Assembly (NCBI GenBank): GCA_049724395.1
Contig: JAUGWO010000049.1
Span: forward strand, 62,001-126,000
Direction: 5' to 3'
Source: Spongospora subterranea f. sp. subterranea
Taxonomy: Eukaryota
DNA length: 64,000 nt
Below are positions 49,833 to 62,500 of this stretch, piece after piece (positions within the stretch are counted from its first letter, which is position 1; every line of letters starts with the position of its first letter). The notes under the pieces were generated by a model that was not told the origin of the DNA, ran no database searches, and was given only the letters and a program-made list of their open reading frames with translations. A program made the translations under genes and the position numbers.

Positions 49833-51127
49833 TATATCACTTACAATATATATGATTTTCTTTTCAGTCAGTGTTTTGATAAATAACAAACAGCATTTCA
49901 CTTGTTTCAGGCCATTTATTCCTGAGGTTGCCTGAAATCTATTGAACCTTTGTCTTTGATCTTATATACCTAAAACAAACAATGGTCAGATTTGCAGTCT
50001 CTCAACGCAAATGCCGGAGCTGGCGTTAATCGCAATACTGTGGCAATGTATCCTGGAATCTTATCATCACCAAATGCAAATTTTAGTAGCGGTCGATGAT
50101 TTGTTTTTGTCGGGAAATGTCTCATCATAATTTCCGTAATAACTCATCAATCGCGTTCCCATTGGCAATGTGCTGATATGGCGTCATTTCAATATGTCAC
50201 ACACTTCTTCATCAGAGCAAGTCCACATTAACAGCAAACGAGGCAGTCACCGCCGCGACGAGAACGCCTCCGTGAAGGCGCTGTTTCGCAAAGTAGTTCC
50301 TCAGAAAACGGCAGGCACAAAACGACACCGTACCCCATCCGCATCTCGATGCAAGTTGTAGGACAAAGAGGCAAGCTTCCCTCATGTATCGAGTGTGCGA
50401 AACTGTTCGATCGTGAAAAACGACGCGTTGTGCACCGGTACATCACAAAGCTGACCTATCTGCTTATACATATGGTGTATGTAGCGGATGTTGCCAGATG
50501 TCGTCCAGGATGGGATACGTGGATTTCAAGCGGTGCTGTTCTATCATACAGCAAATCAGTGTCTACAGTGACTCACAGAACAGCAGATGCTTGTTCAGTT
50601 GTTCTTCCTGAACTGACAACCTTGCTAAACAATAAGCAACAATGATATATCCCTATTTAAACGTTGGCAGTGTAATCGCAAGCTCGGACAGATTGTATTC
50701 TGCTGATCTGACACCACTCTAGAATTTGGGCAGACCACATATCGCGTTGGACAACAGGGCATGACGCAAACTGCCCGGGCTGGCGAATTCACTGCCAACG
50801 TACATACATGTATTAATGTTCTTGATGGTTTAGTAAAGTCATCAGCTCGGGCATAACAAGCATCTGCCGACTTATGTTGCCGGGCATGCCCTGCTACGCG
50901 TGTTAGGACCGCAGCGCCGAAGCGGTTAAACGATTTCGTGACGGTTTCATTTCATGAATTGGTAAGGGTCATTTCTATGCGCCAAAACTGAGTTGACGGC
51001 TTCTTCCCGCCAGAGTTGTTTTTTTTTAGAAAAAACATGGTGTGCATATTTACTTTACTCCTCACGCATACATGATTGTCGGAAAACCTGACTCCAACGG
51101 AAAAATTGCCGATAGCGTTTTGAGAAG

Positions 51128-51364
51128 GTGAATGTTGAGAAATGTGATAATGAGGTTCATGTCAACAACACCCGCTACCAGTACCCTGTACTGGTATGTA
51201 TTGATGCTCATGGGCAATATGCGTACGACATTCTGACCAAAGGTGGTCAAAATGAACGTCATCCAAGGCAAATCGCTGTAATCGGTCAAGCGATGATGCG
51301 TTGTATATTTTCTCGACAAATGCGCCCAACCATTGCCATACGCGAACTGTATATAAAGAGATGA
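51128..51364 (+). mobile_element. Possible MULE transposase relic
   Basis: NTRYQYPVLVCIDAHG loosely resembles the MULE N.Y..PL...G.D..G segment; no TIRs seen. Confidence 0.25.
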
Positions 51365-51655
51365 TGACGATTTGTGCTCTGATGGTCAATATGTGACGCT
51401 CTGGCAGGCATCGTTGAATTGAGTATGCGTGAAATTGTTCATCAAAACGTTCGCTCTCAGATGTACAACAAGACTCCTCTTCAGTATTATAGGTATGTTG
51501 ACACTTGCCGATATTCCGTTGATGACCAGTCAATCCAGAATGACGTCAACAGGATCCAGAATGACCGAGTTCGGCTGGGGAATCCAGAACTCGCATGAGA
51601 CATTCAATTGGAATCAACACCGCTTCCACGACAGAAGGATTTCCATCAAACAGGA

Positions 51656-52242
51656 ATGAGCGATTCACCGCAGCCGATCGTGTCCATATCCGTCGTCGAC
51701 GCCTTCAAGGTTGTTGATTTGCATGGGAGGGATCACGTCGTTTATAACGTTCAGATCCGGTCATCGAACTTGAATCAAATTGTGGCGAAAAAGTATAGTG
51801 AGTTCAAGCAGTTCGACACGGTTTGGCGAACGAAGTTCAGTCATCGCATTGGCCTGAACATTGTTTGTCGACGGTTGAGTTGACTTGCGGCTTTAGGTGT
51901 CGATCGGTGGATTTCGTCTTCCCCGCCAAGGAATGGATCAAGAAAAATTCCCCTCGAGTAATCGCCGAACGGGTTGTTCTTCTCGAGAAGTACTTGAACG
52001 GGATCTTGGGCGTGTTCTCTATTCTGCCTTATCTAAGCCGGTTCCTTGGCATCCCAGTTCGGTTGCTCAGTCCAGTCAAGCCGATTAGATCGCAAAAAAG
52101 TTCGCGATCCTCATTTTCCGCGGTTGCGGCTGACGATCGTGATCCAGTCTGGGAGAAAACTAATTCGCAATGGAATCCGATCGATTCGCTTCGCCGCCGT
52201 TTACGAACCGTTGATAATGCAATGTCCCGAATGACTTTCTAG
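51656..52242 (+). CDS. Small PX (phox homology) domain protein, two exons
   Basis: HVVYNVQI...KKYSEFKQFD, intron about 51835-51897, then FPAKEW...VIAERVVLLEKYLNGIL...LSRFL. Confidence 0.85.
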
Positions 52243-52449
52243 CTGGTCATCTGACGATAATTCCGCAAATTGTAAATAATATTTCTGAAATAAATACTCT
52301 CGATGTAAGCGGTACTAACATCGTATTCGCCATAATTTGAAGGTACCGGTTTACCTCTTAATAATCTCTAACGTACATCGTGTTCTGAACAGTTATTAAA
52401 ATGTATGTCGAATGGATTAAAAGTTATTATTTTCGGTTGAACCTGACAC

Positions 52450-54050
52450 TCAGGATGATCGAACAGGGGTAGGCGACCTACCTCGAGACCAGGAACGAGA
52501 CCTTGATGCTCTTTTGCGATGACGTTCATTTGATCTCGACCTTGAAGTCCTCCTGTAGCGACGATCATCATAACGGGATGATGCATTATTGACTTCCCGC
52601 ACCCTCTCACGGGAGATGGACCTTTCTTTACGAGAACCCTTTATTTCACTTCCTTGTAATTCTTCATAAAATCGATCTAAAATACGGCGTTCTTCGAATG
52701 CATCACCTCTGCTGCCTAGATGTACTCTTCTGGCCAAGACGGCGAAATCGAGCTGGTTCAATGGAGTATAAGGAGGGTTTTGGGAGCACGCCTTAACAAC
52801 TTCGCCCGGAAGAACTGGTGAAAGTTCAGCTACGTGAAGGGAGCATGGATAATTATCATCTAACCAATAAATGTGCTTGCTAGGACTGCATTTGGGGGCA
52901 ATTCGGGTAATGCTGCAGAATACGGCGGCGGTTCATGTCGCAAGCTGTCCGGCTTTTGTGCATGTGCATCTGTCTTGACGCTTTCGGAAATTTCATAGCA
53001 TAAAGCTTGGGAAACAATGGACCGTTGGCGCCAAAAGTTCAATAACAGATTCAACCTAAACATGTTCCATAAATGATGTTCTATTGAAACAGGTTCGGCA
53101 TACCTGTTTCCGGTTCGAGGGAGAGCTCATATAACTGATTCGCTGAACAATTTCGACGAGCTTTGAGCCGTATTCAGCTATGATCGGATGGGCTTCAGAG
53201 TTTGCCCCACTTTCAAACTTGGCGCGATGTAGGACTTCATTGATGAGGTATAACAGCGCCAACTTCCCAGGAAATTCTGTTGACGAGACTGAGAAACACA
53301 TTGAAATCATGACCCTGATTACCTTCGGGACTGCATCCAAACGACATCATCTGCATTTCAATTGCAGATACAGACAGCTGACAAGAAGAAGAATCGAATT
53401 GGAATTGCCAAAGCCAATCGACAGCATTCTTCACGGCGGCCTTGGTCACATCGATTGTCGACAGAATCTCTTTCCACTCATCTATCGGCAGCAATGGCTT
53501 CGTGGTTTTGACTGAAACCGGTACAGGAATCTGAGGAAGATCTTCACAACAGTTTTAAATTAAGTGTAGGTCGAGGATACGGTTGACGGTGGCGCAGAAT
53601 GCCAAGGCGGCGCTGGTGCGACCAACTTAGGGGAGGCAGATGGAGCTTGAGCTTGACTGTCGGATGAGCGAAGCACGCTCGACTGCTGACTAACGATCCA
53701 ACGATAGTATAAATTATCTGGTGAAGCGGCCTCAAAAAGAAATCGAAAATCTGGATTGAACCGTTGCTCTTGCATAATCATTGTTTCGAATTCGGGACCT
53801 AACCGACATCAACAGTAAGAATTTTAAAATTTGCTAGATAATGACTCCAAAGACCATTGCGGGCAGTATATGCTCCTAACCTCTCGATAGCGGTTCGCAC
53901 CTCTAAGTCTACAAATTAACGACAAATCAGATCGTGGCATTTTAGCAGACTCCGATCTCGGGAGTATGTACTTGCAGGTGGGACAGGGGCGAGGACGGGA
54001 CCCCCTGGCATCTTCGGAAGAGGATGCCTTGGGTCATGGCGGTTCCACAT
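52450..54050 (-). CDS. CHERP-like splicing factor (SURP, CID and RS-rich tail), multi-exon
   Basis: SURP motif NGPEFE...NPDFRFLF...YYRW; CID motif KLALLYLINEVLH; PPYTPL segment; C-terminal RSRSRS repeats. Confidence 0.8.
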
Positions 54051-54268
54051 TGACTGCAGCGACGACGAATATGAATGGACAATAATCGCTCTTATCCTGT
54101 TCCCACTGAGGTGTGTATGTATACATGACTCGGTGAGAGGCCACGCTCGACTGTATCAATGGGTCCGCTCACGGACTTGGTTCGAAAAGCGCCATCCCAA
54201 ATTCCAGCTCACATGGTTCTCGACAATTCTGGGTTAACCGAAGGTCCCGACATTTTTTTCTGGAGCTG

Positions 54269-55725
54269 ATGTCGTTTAGTTCGTCGCTCCGCATCACGGA
54301 AATAGATGATTTCATCACACCGTCCCTTGAATGTATCAAGCCCATCCAACCGGCGTCAACTGCGTCGCAATCTGTCAAGGTAATCTGCATTGCGCGCCAG
54401 ATACGACTATGCGGTTTTGACGGTTGGTATGTGATCAGTTTGACCAGAGTTCGTCTTCGTTTTCCCAGTTGGCTCCATCATCACCAGATTCTCTGGGCCC
54501 TGCTAGAATCACCCTTAGCGATTGCCTAGCATGTAGTGGCTGCGTCACATCTGCAGAAACCGTCCTGGTCAATGCCCAGTCTGTTGACCGCCTGATCGAA
54601 TTCTTAACCGATTCTTCCAAAACATTTGTATATTCAGTATCTCCTCAGTCACTCGCATCTTTAGCTGCACATTTTCATTTGGATCTTGTCTCCACTGCCG
54701 AGCGCCTCACCACATTTCTCAAACTGCATTGCCGTGCTCACTATGTTTTTGATGCCGGAAATGGTTCCGGGATCTCTCTGATTGAGCAACGTAACGAATT
54801 TCTGACAAGGTATCGCCAGGCCAAATCGGTCCATTCCGGTCGTGATCAGCTGCCGTTATTGACCTCTGAATGCCCTGGATGGATTTGTTATGCCGAAAAA
54901 ACGCAGCCAGATTGTCTGCCGTATATTAGTACAGTTCGCAGCCCTCAGCAGATCATTGGAAAGGTGGTCAAACAGTATCTCGGTTTGAAAAACGTCGTCC
55001 ATGTCTGTATTATGCCCTGTTATGACAAGAAGCTCGAGGCGTCGAGACCGGAATTTGACGGCGACGTCGACATGGTGTTAGCTACTTCCGAGCTTCTCTC
55101 ATATATCAAGGAGAGAACCGACAGTTTATCCAATATTCACCCTGGAGATCTGGATGATAACCGAATTTTAGGGGTCGAAGACACACATCACGTCGTCCAT
55201 CTCGACGACCTTGGCGCTTCTGGTGGATATTCAGAGCATGTTTTCAGATATGCCTGTCGGGAATTGTTCAATGTTGACGTGTCCTCGCCCCTAATCTATA
55301 AGCAAGTTGGCCGCAACCCTGATTTCAGGGAGACGACTCTCGAGGTTAACGGCCAGGTCGTTCTTCGATTCGCCGCTGCCTATGGCTTTCGTAACATTCA
55401 AAACCTCGTTCGAAAAATCAAGTCTGGTTCGTGCCCGTACCATTTTGTGGAAGTCATGGCGTGCCCTTCTGGTTGTTTGAACGGTGGTGGACAAATTCAG
55501 TCGGCGGAATCGGGCATTAAAGCTCAGAGAGTTTTATTGGATCAAGTCTCTTCTATTTTTCGCCAAGCCGAATCTCATGATCCGACGGTTGGGCCTGTTC
55601 CCACAAGGTTCTACGACGATTGGATTGGCAGTGTCCCAGGTTCTGAACAGGCGTGTTCAGTAGTTCATACAACGTATCGCGCCATTGAGAAAAACCCCGA
55701 GCTGGGTATGTTAGAGAAATGGTGA
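54269..55725 (+). CDS. NAR1: Cytosolic Fe-S assembly factor NAR1/NARFL (CIAO3)
   Basis: DDFITPSLECIKP, ITLSDCLACSGCVTSAE, TSECPGWICYAEK, MPCYDKKLEASR, AYGFRNIQN, EVMACPSGCLNGGGQ and a terminal Trp. Confidence 0.96.
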
Positions 55726-55794
55726 TCAATTGCTGGCGTGTTTCAATCCGAAAAGTATGAAACTGTTAGTATAATTTAAATTGTAATATATTAG

Positions 55795-56921
55795 TCAGCC
55801 GGGATCAGAACCGGAACTCATATATCCGTCATCGACAATTGATGACGATGGAACCCCCCTATTGGCTTCTTTGTTTGACCTCCTTACAACCGTCGGCGTG
55901 ATTATTGAGCGCGACGTTGGCTTGGAACTTCTGAGAGTACGTATCTTGGTGATATCAATATTTCGTTTGAGCGCCACCTCTACGGCATGCATTTGCCCTT
56001 TGTAATCGCGGCCAGATGAAGCGCGGGTCGACCCATTTGATATGGGTATGCATGGGGCCAGAAACCTTGCATGGCCTCTCAACAATTTCCGCGATCGTTC
56101 AGATTGTCCTGATTTTCCAAACCAGACCTCAGACGCCTGCTTCTCATCTTCTTCACACCCTTTTGCTAATGGGAATGGTAGATAGTCTCGGTGAGCTTCT
56201 GCCGCTTCTTCGACGGCAGCTCTCTTAACTTCGCGAAACGACTTACGTAGCTTCCTAGTCGTCGAGTAATCATCCAGAAGTACAGATTGCTGCTCGATTA
56301 TACCCTGAATACGTTCAGCGTCAATTTCGGCTTGTTTCTTATGGGCTCCGCGAATATCGAGCGCAAACATCGGATCAGCGTCGACTTTCGCGCGAGTAAT
56401 ATCGTCCATGAACTCGATTGTTTCAGCTTCATTGGCATCATAATCTTCCACCTTTCGGCGACCACCGCTGGTCACGATGTACTCCGTGTTCTTGGGATCA
56501 GTTTGAATTTTGATCACGTTTGAGCATGATGCACATCTCATCGAAAATTCTAGTATTTTCGTTGTGAAATAATTTCCCACGACCTTTTTTTCGGCGTTGA
56601 AACGAACACCTAGTGAAGGCAGTCTTACAACAAAGTATCGCCATGGCAGTAAACAACACACCTTTGGCAATATGTCTCTCACATTTCCCACACCAAATAT
56701 TAAACGGCATCTCAAACCTGATCACAAGAATGCCCTTATCCAGCTTCCTGGCCCGGTCTCTAAGAGGGTGTTGCCCGACAAATTTGTTGATCGACCCTGA
56801 GCAAGCAAGGTTTGAGGAAAATTGAAGCTACCCAGTGAATTAGATCATGGCGTCAACGCTGACCTTTCGAGGGATCCCATGATGGTGGATAATACTTGTT
56901 GACTGCCTTCCTTTCCGCCAT
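55795..56921 (-). CDS. YJU2/CCDC130 family splicing factor
   Basis: MAERKAVNKYYPP, HPLRDRARKL, IRFEMPFNIWC..C..HIAKGVRFNAEKK and C..C....IQTDPKNTEY. Confidence 0.93.
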
Positions 56922-57846
56922 TTTACAGCGTGTGTTTACAGCGACTAATTTCGCTCACAAGTATATTGGTCTCTGGTTCTGACAGGGGAATGGGCGAGGA
57001 TGGCTTCAGGCCGCTGCAGGCCTTAATGATCGACCTGTGCGAGCATGGCCGGCGTTGAGGCCGTCGCAGCGCATGATATTGCGTAGGCTGTAAGGTGCAA
57101 CCCAGTGTATCTGTGGCCAAACTGTGGACTGTGGTGTACACCGTAGACCAAAAGAGCACAAAAATGGAAATGACTCACAAAAATTTTCACATCATCTCAA
57201 CGTCAAGAGACAAACTATTAAGACCCTTTTCTAGCTATGAAGCCTGCCCCGATTGTTTTATCAGTATGGTTGCAGATTCTCTCGTAAAATCCAAACACAG
57301 CGAACATCAGGCATCTCAATCCCGCAAAACCTGCTTCGCCATGGTCATTCCATGTGCGCAACTAGGGTTATAAATGTGTAACTTGGTTTGCTTTATGGAA
57401 AAATTCTTCATCAAATCTGTGGGTCCGTCTTTGTAGGAGGTTATGGAACTTCTGCCATTAGCTGGCGCCTTTGAAATGACCAACCGACTTTGCTCAGACA
57501 CTGCCAATGATATGGTAAAGCTCAAAGCATGTTCCTGTTGCTGTGTATCAATATGGTTCGCAGTTTCTCACGAAAGATGTTTGCGACATTATTTCCTAGC
57601 TAGAAAAGTTAATGCTAATCGAGTTGTCAACAGCCCATGCGAATGAGACCTTTCTGTTGCAACGAACGTGTAAACGGATCTCGATGCCTTTGTTCTCGCA
57701 TATCGTCGACGACGAAAAAAAATAGCTCACATTTACTCAATCGTTTACTGTACGTTAAAATTTCTGGCTGGTGCTATTTCAACGACTTGAAGAATTATGG
57801 CAAAATATGTTAGGTGGAAGGCAGGCTCAAAAGCCGCAGCCTCTAA

Positions 57847-58540
57847 GAGCATCTCCACCGCGCAACGGCAAACTCCCCGGCAAAAAGATGTTAAACGGGT
57901 TCAAAAATAGCCTCCGGTAAAATAGTTATGTCCCCCGTCAAACGGTTCCCCACCCCGCGGTCAATTTGAACGGTAAACGGCAAAACGAATTTTCGAGCTG
58001 ACAATGATGGAAAACGATGACAGCGCTTTTGGGCTAATCTGGCAAGACGAAATGGAGGATGACACCATTGCCCAGTTTGTAATGATCCTGGGTCAGCATG
58101 CGGCTTCTGCATTGACTATGAATCCATCAATATCCAATCATGGAGGATCACATATTGACGGTCACCAAACTTGCCCCGAAATTTTGCCATGAAAGGATTT
58201 ACAAAGACTATTTTTGCGCAAATCCAGTTTACCCTGCCCACCTCTTCCGACGACGGTTTCGTATGAGGCGAGAATTGTTTGATGTAATACATGATGGCGT
58301 AGTCGAAAGAGACGATTATTTTTAGCAGAAAGCTGATGCTCTTGGCAGTTTGGGATTGTCATCACTGCAAAAAGTTACGGCAGCTTTGCCTGGTCTTTGT
58401 TAGCTGAGTTGCCATTGCCATGATTCTGCTCACGCAACAGCACCTACCAAAACGAATTTGCCGTTGGAGGCAACCCCCGGGGTAAAACCCACGGCAAAAT
58501 GCCGGGAAAGTGCGTTTACCGTTGCGCGGTGGAGATGCTC
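57847..58540 (+). mobile_element. PIF/Harbinger non-autonomous deletion derivative
   Basis: TIRs gagcatctccaccgcgcaacgg and ccgttgcgcggtggagatgctc; TAA target duplication on both sides; internal nuclease N-terminal remnant DYF..NPVYPAHLFRRRFRMRRELF...GLSSLQKVTAA. Confidence 0.93.
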
Positions 58541-58738
58541 TAAATAACGCTTTTCATTTAAATTTGATACTTAACTGACACAAAAATTCACAAATATAAC
58601 TACGAGTATGAGGAAACAGGCCGGGCCACATCGTCTACCTAGAAAATAGAATTGTGACAAAACGCGGTTCTCAGATTTGCCTTTTATAACTCAATAACCA
58701 CTTGTTGGATCAAATCCTGTATAATATAGAAACAACTA

Positions 58739-59570
58739 CTCCCTCCGTCCCATAAAAACCTATCGAAACGGACTTAATTCTTGTCCCATAAAACCTATCG
58801 AAAATTTATTTCATGAGTTCGTCACACAGTCAATAATCAATTTTTGGGCTTGGGTAACGACTTCGAGTAGGCAATTCAACGAAGTCGGAAGTGCATTAGA
58901 TCTGATTAGCTTCGCCTTCCCCATGTGTGGTATCCTGTAATTATTGCCTCCATTGCAAGTCATTACCTCAAGCATGCACCCTTGCAGGGTTAAGAAGACA
59001 TTGATCAACGCCGTTAAATCAATCTCATGAACGCCTTCTCTGTTGCACGAATAAGGTCATCTATTCCCCTCTGAGGCAGATGATGTTGTAAGCTCTGGAT
59101 AGCGCAGAAGAATCCAAGATCTAGCACATTTAAATCCGGGCTGTTGGCATATTTGAATTTCACATCCTTGTTCCTTTAGAGTTTCTAATGCTGCTGATAT
59201 GGTTGGGTGATCTCCTCGAGCATGAGGTTTAGCATTATCCTGCTGTAAATAAATCTTTCCTGCCGATCCCCGAGGCCATTTTTCTGCAATTGCCGGAAAA
59301 ACGTTTGCTGTCATCATATTGGTGATCTCTACTCTTCCAATGGAAGTGATAGCTTTGGTCTCCATTGTTCCTGCTCGCCTGTTCTTACTATTCCTTCTCG
59401 CAGGCTCGGCTTTAACAAAAGCCTAAATCCGTCAAACATTCTCTGGGTATATGAATCGTACCGTGGTCTTGCGACCGCCGCCATGAACATCACCTTGTTA
59501 ATAAAACTCTTGCTTTTGACCGTGCGATGTGGAGGTTCCTCCCCTGCTGCCAATCAATAGCGATTGCTTG
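58739..59570 (-). mobile_element. Second DD39D-type mariner element, frameshifted, 5' part replaced by the satellite
   Basis: TA followed by TIR ctccctccgtcccataaaa at 58739; motifs GEEPP, KVMFMAAVARPR, LQQDNAKPH and GGNNYRIPHMGK. Confidence 0.9.
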
Positions 59571-62500
59571 AAGTACGGCACATGTACCCCATTACATCTC
59601 ATACTTTATCAACAACATGATCAATAGAGATTGAGAGATTGTAAGACAATATGTAATGAAGTACGGCACATGTACCCCATTACATCTCATACTTTATCAA
59701 CAACATGATCAATAGAGATTAGTGGCTTATGTAATGAAGTACGGCACATGTACACCCATTACATCTCATACTTTATCAACAACATGATCAATAGAGATTA
59801 GACAATATGTAATGAAGTACGGCACATGGCCTCCCATTACATCTCATACTTTATCAACAACATGATCAATTAGAGATTAGACAATATGTAATGAAGTACG
59901 GCACATGTCACCCATTACATCTCATACTTTATCAACAACATGATCAATAGAGATTAGACAATATGTAATGAAGTACGGCACATGTCACCCATTACATCTC
60001 ATACTTTATCAACAACATGATCAATAGAGATTAGACAATATGTAATGAAGTACGGCACATGTCACCCATTACATCTCATACTTTATCAACAACATGATCA
60101 ATAAGATTAGACAATATGTAATGAAGTACGGCACATGTCACCCATTACATCTCATACTTTATCAACAACATGATCAATTAGAGATTAGACAATATGTAAT
60201 GAAGTACGGCACACTTTATCAACAACATGATCAATTAAGATTAGACAATATGTAATGAAGTACGGCACATGTCACCCATTACATCTCATACTTTATCAAC
60301 AACATGATCAATTAGAGATTAGATGAAGTACGGCACATGTCACCCATTACATCTCATACTTTTTATCAACAACATGATCAATGTGATGTAAATACATCTC
60401 ATACTTTATCAACAACATGATCAATAGAGATTAGACAATATGTAATGAAGTACGGCACATACCCCATTACATCTCATACTTTATCAACAACATGATCAAT
60501 AGAGATTAGACAATATGTAATGAAGTACCCATTACATCTCATACTTTATCAACAACATGATCAATAGAGATTAGACAATATGTAATGAAGTACGGCACAT
60601 GTCACCCATTACATCTCATACTTTATCAACAACATGATCAATTAAGATTAGACAATATGTAATGAAGTACGGCACATGTCACCCATTACATCTCATACTT
60701 TATCAACAACATGATCAATAGAGACATGAAGTACGGCACATGTCCCCATTACATCTCATACTTTATCAACAACATGATCAATAGAGATTAGACAATATGT
60801 AATGAAGTACGGCACATGTCCCCATTACATCTCATACTTTATCAACAACATGATCAATAGAGATTAGACAATATGTAATGAAGTACGGCACATGTCACCC
60901 CATTACATCTCATACTTTATCAACAACATGATCAATAGAGATTAGACAATATGTAATGAAGTACGGCACATGTACCCCATTACCCATTACATCTAGACAA
61001 TATGTAATGAAGTACATGTCACCCCATTATCAACAACATGATCAATAGAGATTAGACAATATGTAATGAATGTACGGCACATGTCACCCATTACATCTCA
61101 TACTTTATCAACAACATGATCAATAGAGATTAGACAATATGTAATGAAGTACGGCACATGTACCCCATTACATCTCATACTTTATCAACAACATGATCAA
61201 TAGAGATTAGACAATATGTAATGAAGTACGGCACATGTCACCCATTACATCTCATACTTTATCAACAACATGATCAATAGAGATTAGACAATATGTAATG
61301 AAGTACGGCACATGTCACCCCATTACATCTCATACTTTATCAACAACATGATCAATAGAGATTAGACAATATGTAATGAAGTACGGCACATGTCACCCAT
61401 TACATCTCATACTTTATCAACAACATGATCAATAGAGATTAGACAATATGTAATGAAGTACGGCACATGTTCCCCATTACATCTCATACTTTATCAACAA
61501 CATGATCAATAGAGATTAGACAATATGTAATGAAGTACGGCACATGTCCCCATTACATCTCATACTTTATCAACAACATGATCAATAGAGATTAGACAAT
61601 ATGTAATGAAGTACGGCACAATATGTCACCCATTACATCTCATACTTTATCAACAACATGATCAATAGAGATTAGACAATATGTAATGAAGTACGGCACA
61701 TGTACCCCATTACATCTCATACTTTATCAACAACATGATCAATAGAGATTAGACAATATGTAATGAAGTACGGCACATGTCACCCATTACATCTCATACT
61801 TTATCAACAACATGATCAATAGAGATTAGACAATATGTAATGAAGTACGGCACATGTCACCCATTACATCTCATACTTTATCAACAACATGATCAATAGA
61901 GATTAGACAATATGTAATGAAGTACGGCACATGTACCCCATTACATCTCATACTTTATCAACAACATGATCAATAGAGATTAGACAATATGTAATGAAGT
62001 ACGGCACATGTCAACCCATTACATCTCATACTTTATCAACAACATGATCAATAGAGATTAGACAATATGTAATGAAGTACGGCACATGTCACCCATTACA
62101 TCTCATACTTTATCAACAACATGATCAATAGAGATTAGACAATATGTAATGAAGTACGGCACATGTACCCCATTACATCTCATACTTTATCAACAACAAT
62201 ATGTAATGATCAATCACCCATTACATCTCATACTTTATCAACATGATCAATGATTCAATAGAGATTAGACAATATGTAATGAAGTACGGCACATGTCACC
62301 CCATTACATCTCATACTTTATCAACAACATGATCAATAGATTAGACAATATGTAATGAAGTACGGCACATGTCACCCATTACATCTCATACTTTATCAAC
62401 AACATGATCAATGAGATTAGACAATATGTAATGAAGTACGGCACATGTCCCCATTACATCTCATACTTTATCAACAATCAATGATTCAATATGTAATGAA

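Noticed and set aside
54269..55725. [FeFe]-hydrogenase
   Set aside because: The N-terminal DDFI.PS..CIKP motif, CPGW instead of CCP and the terminal Trp identify the housekeeping NAR1/CIAO3.
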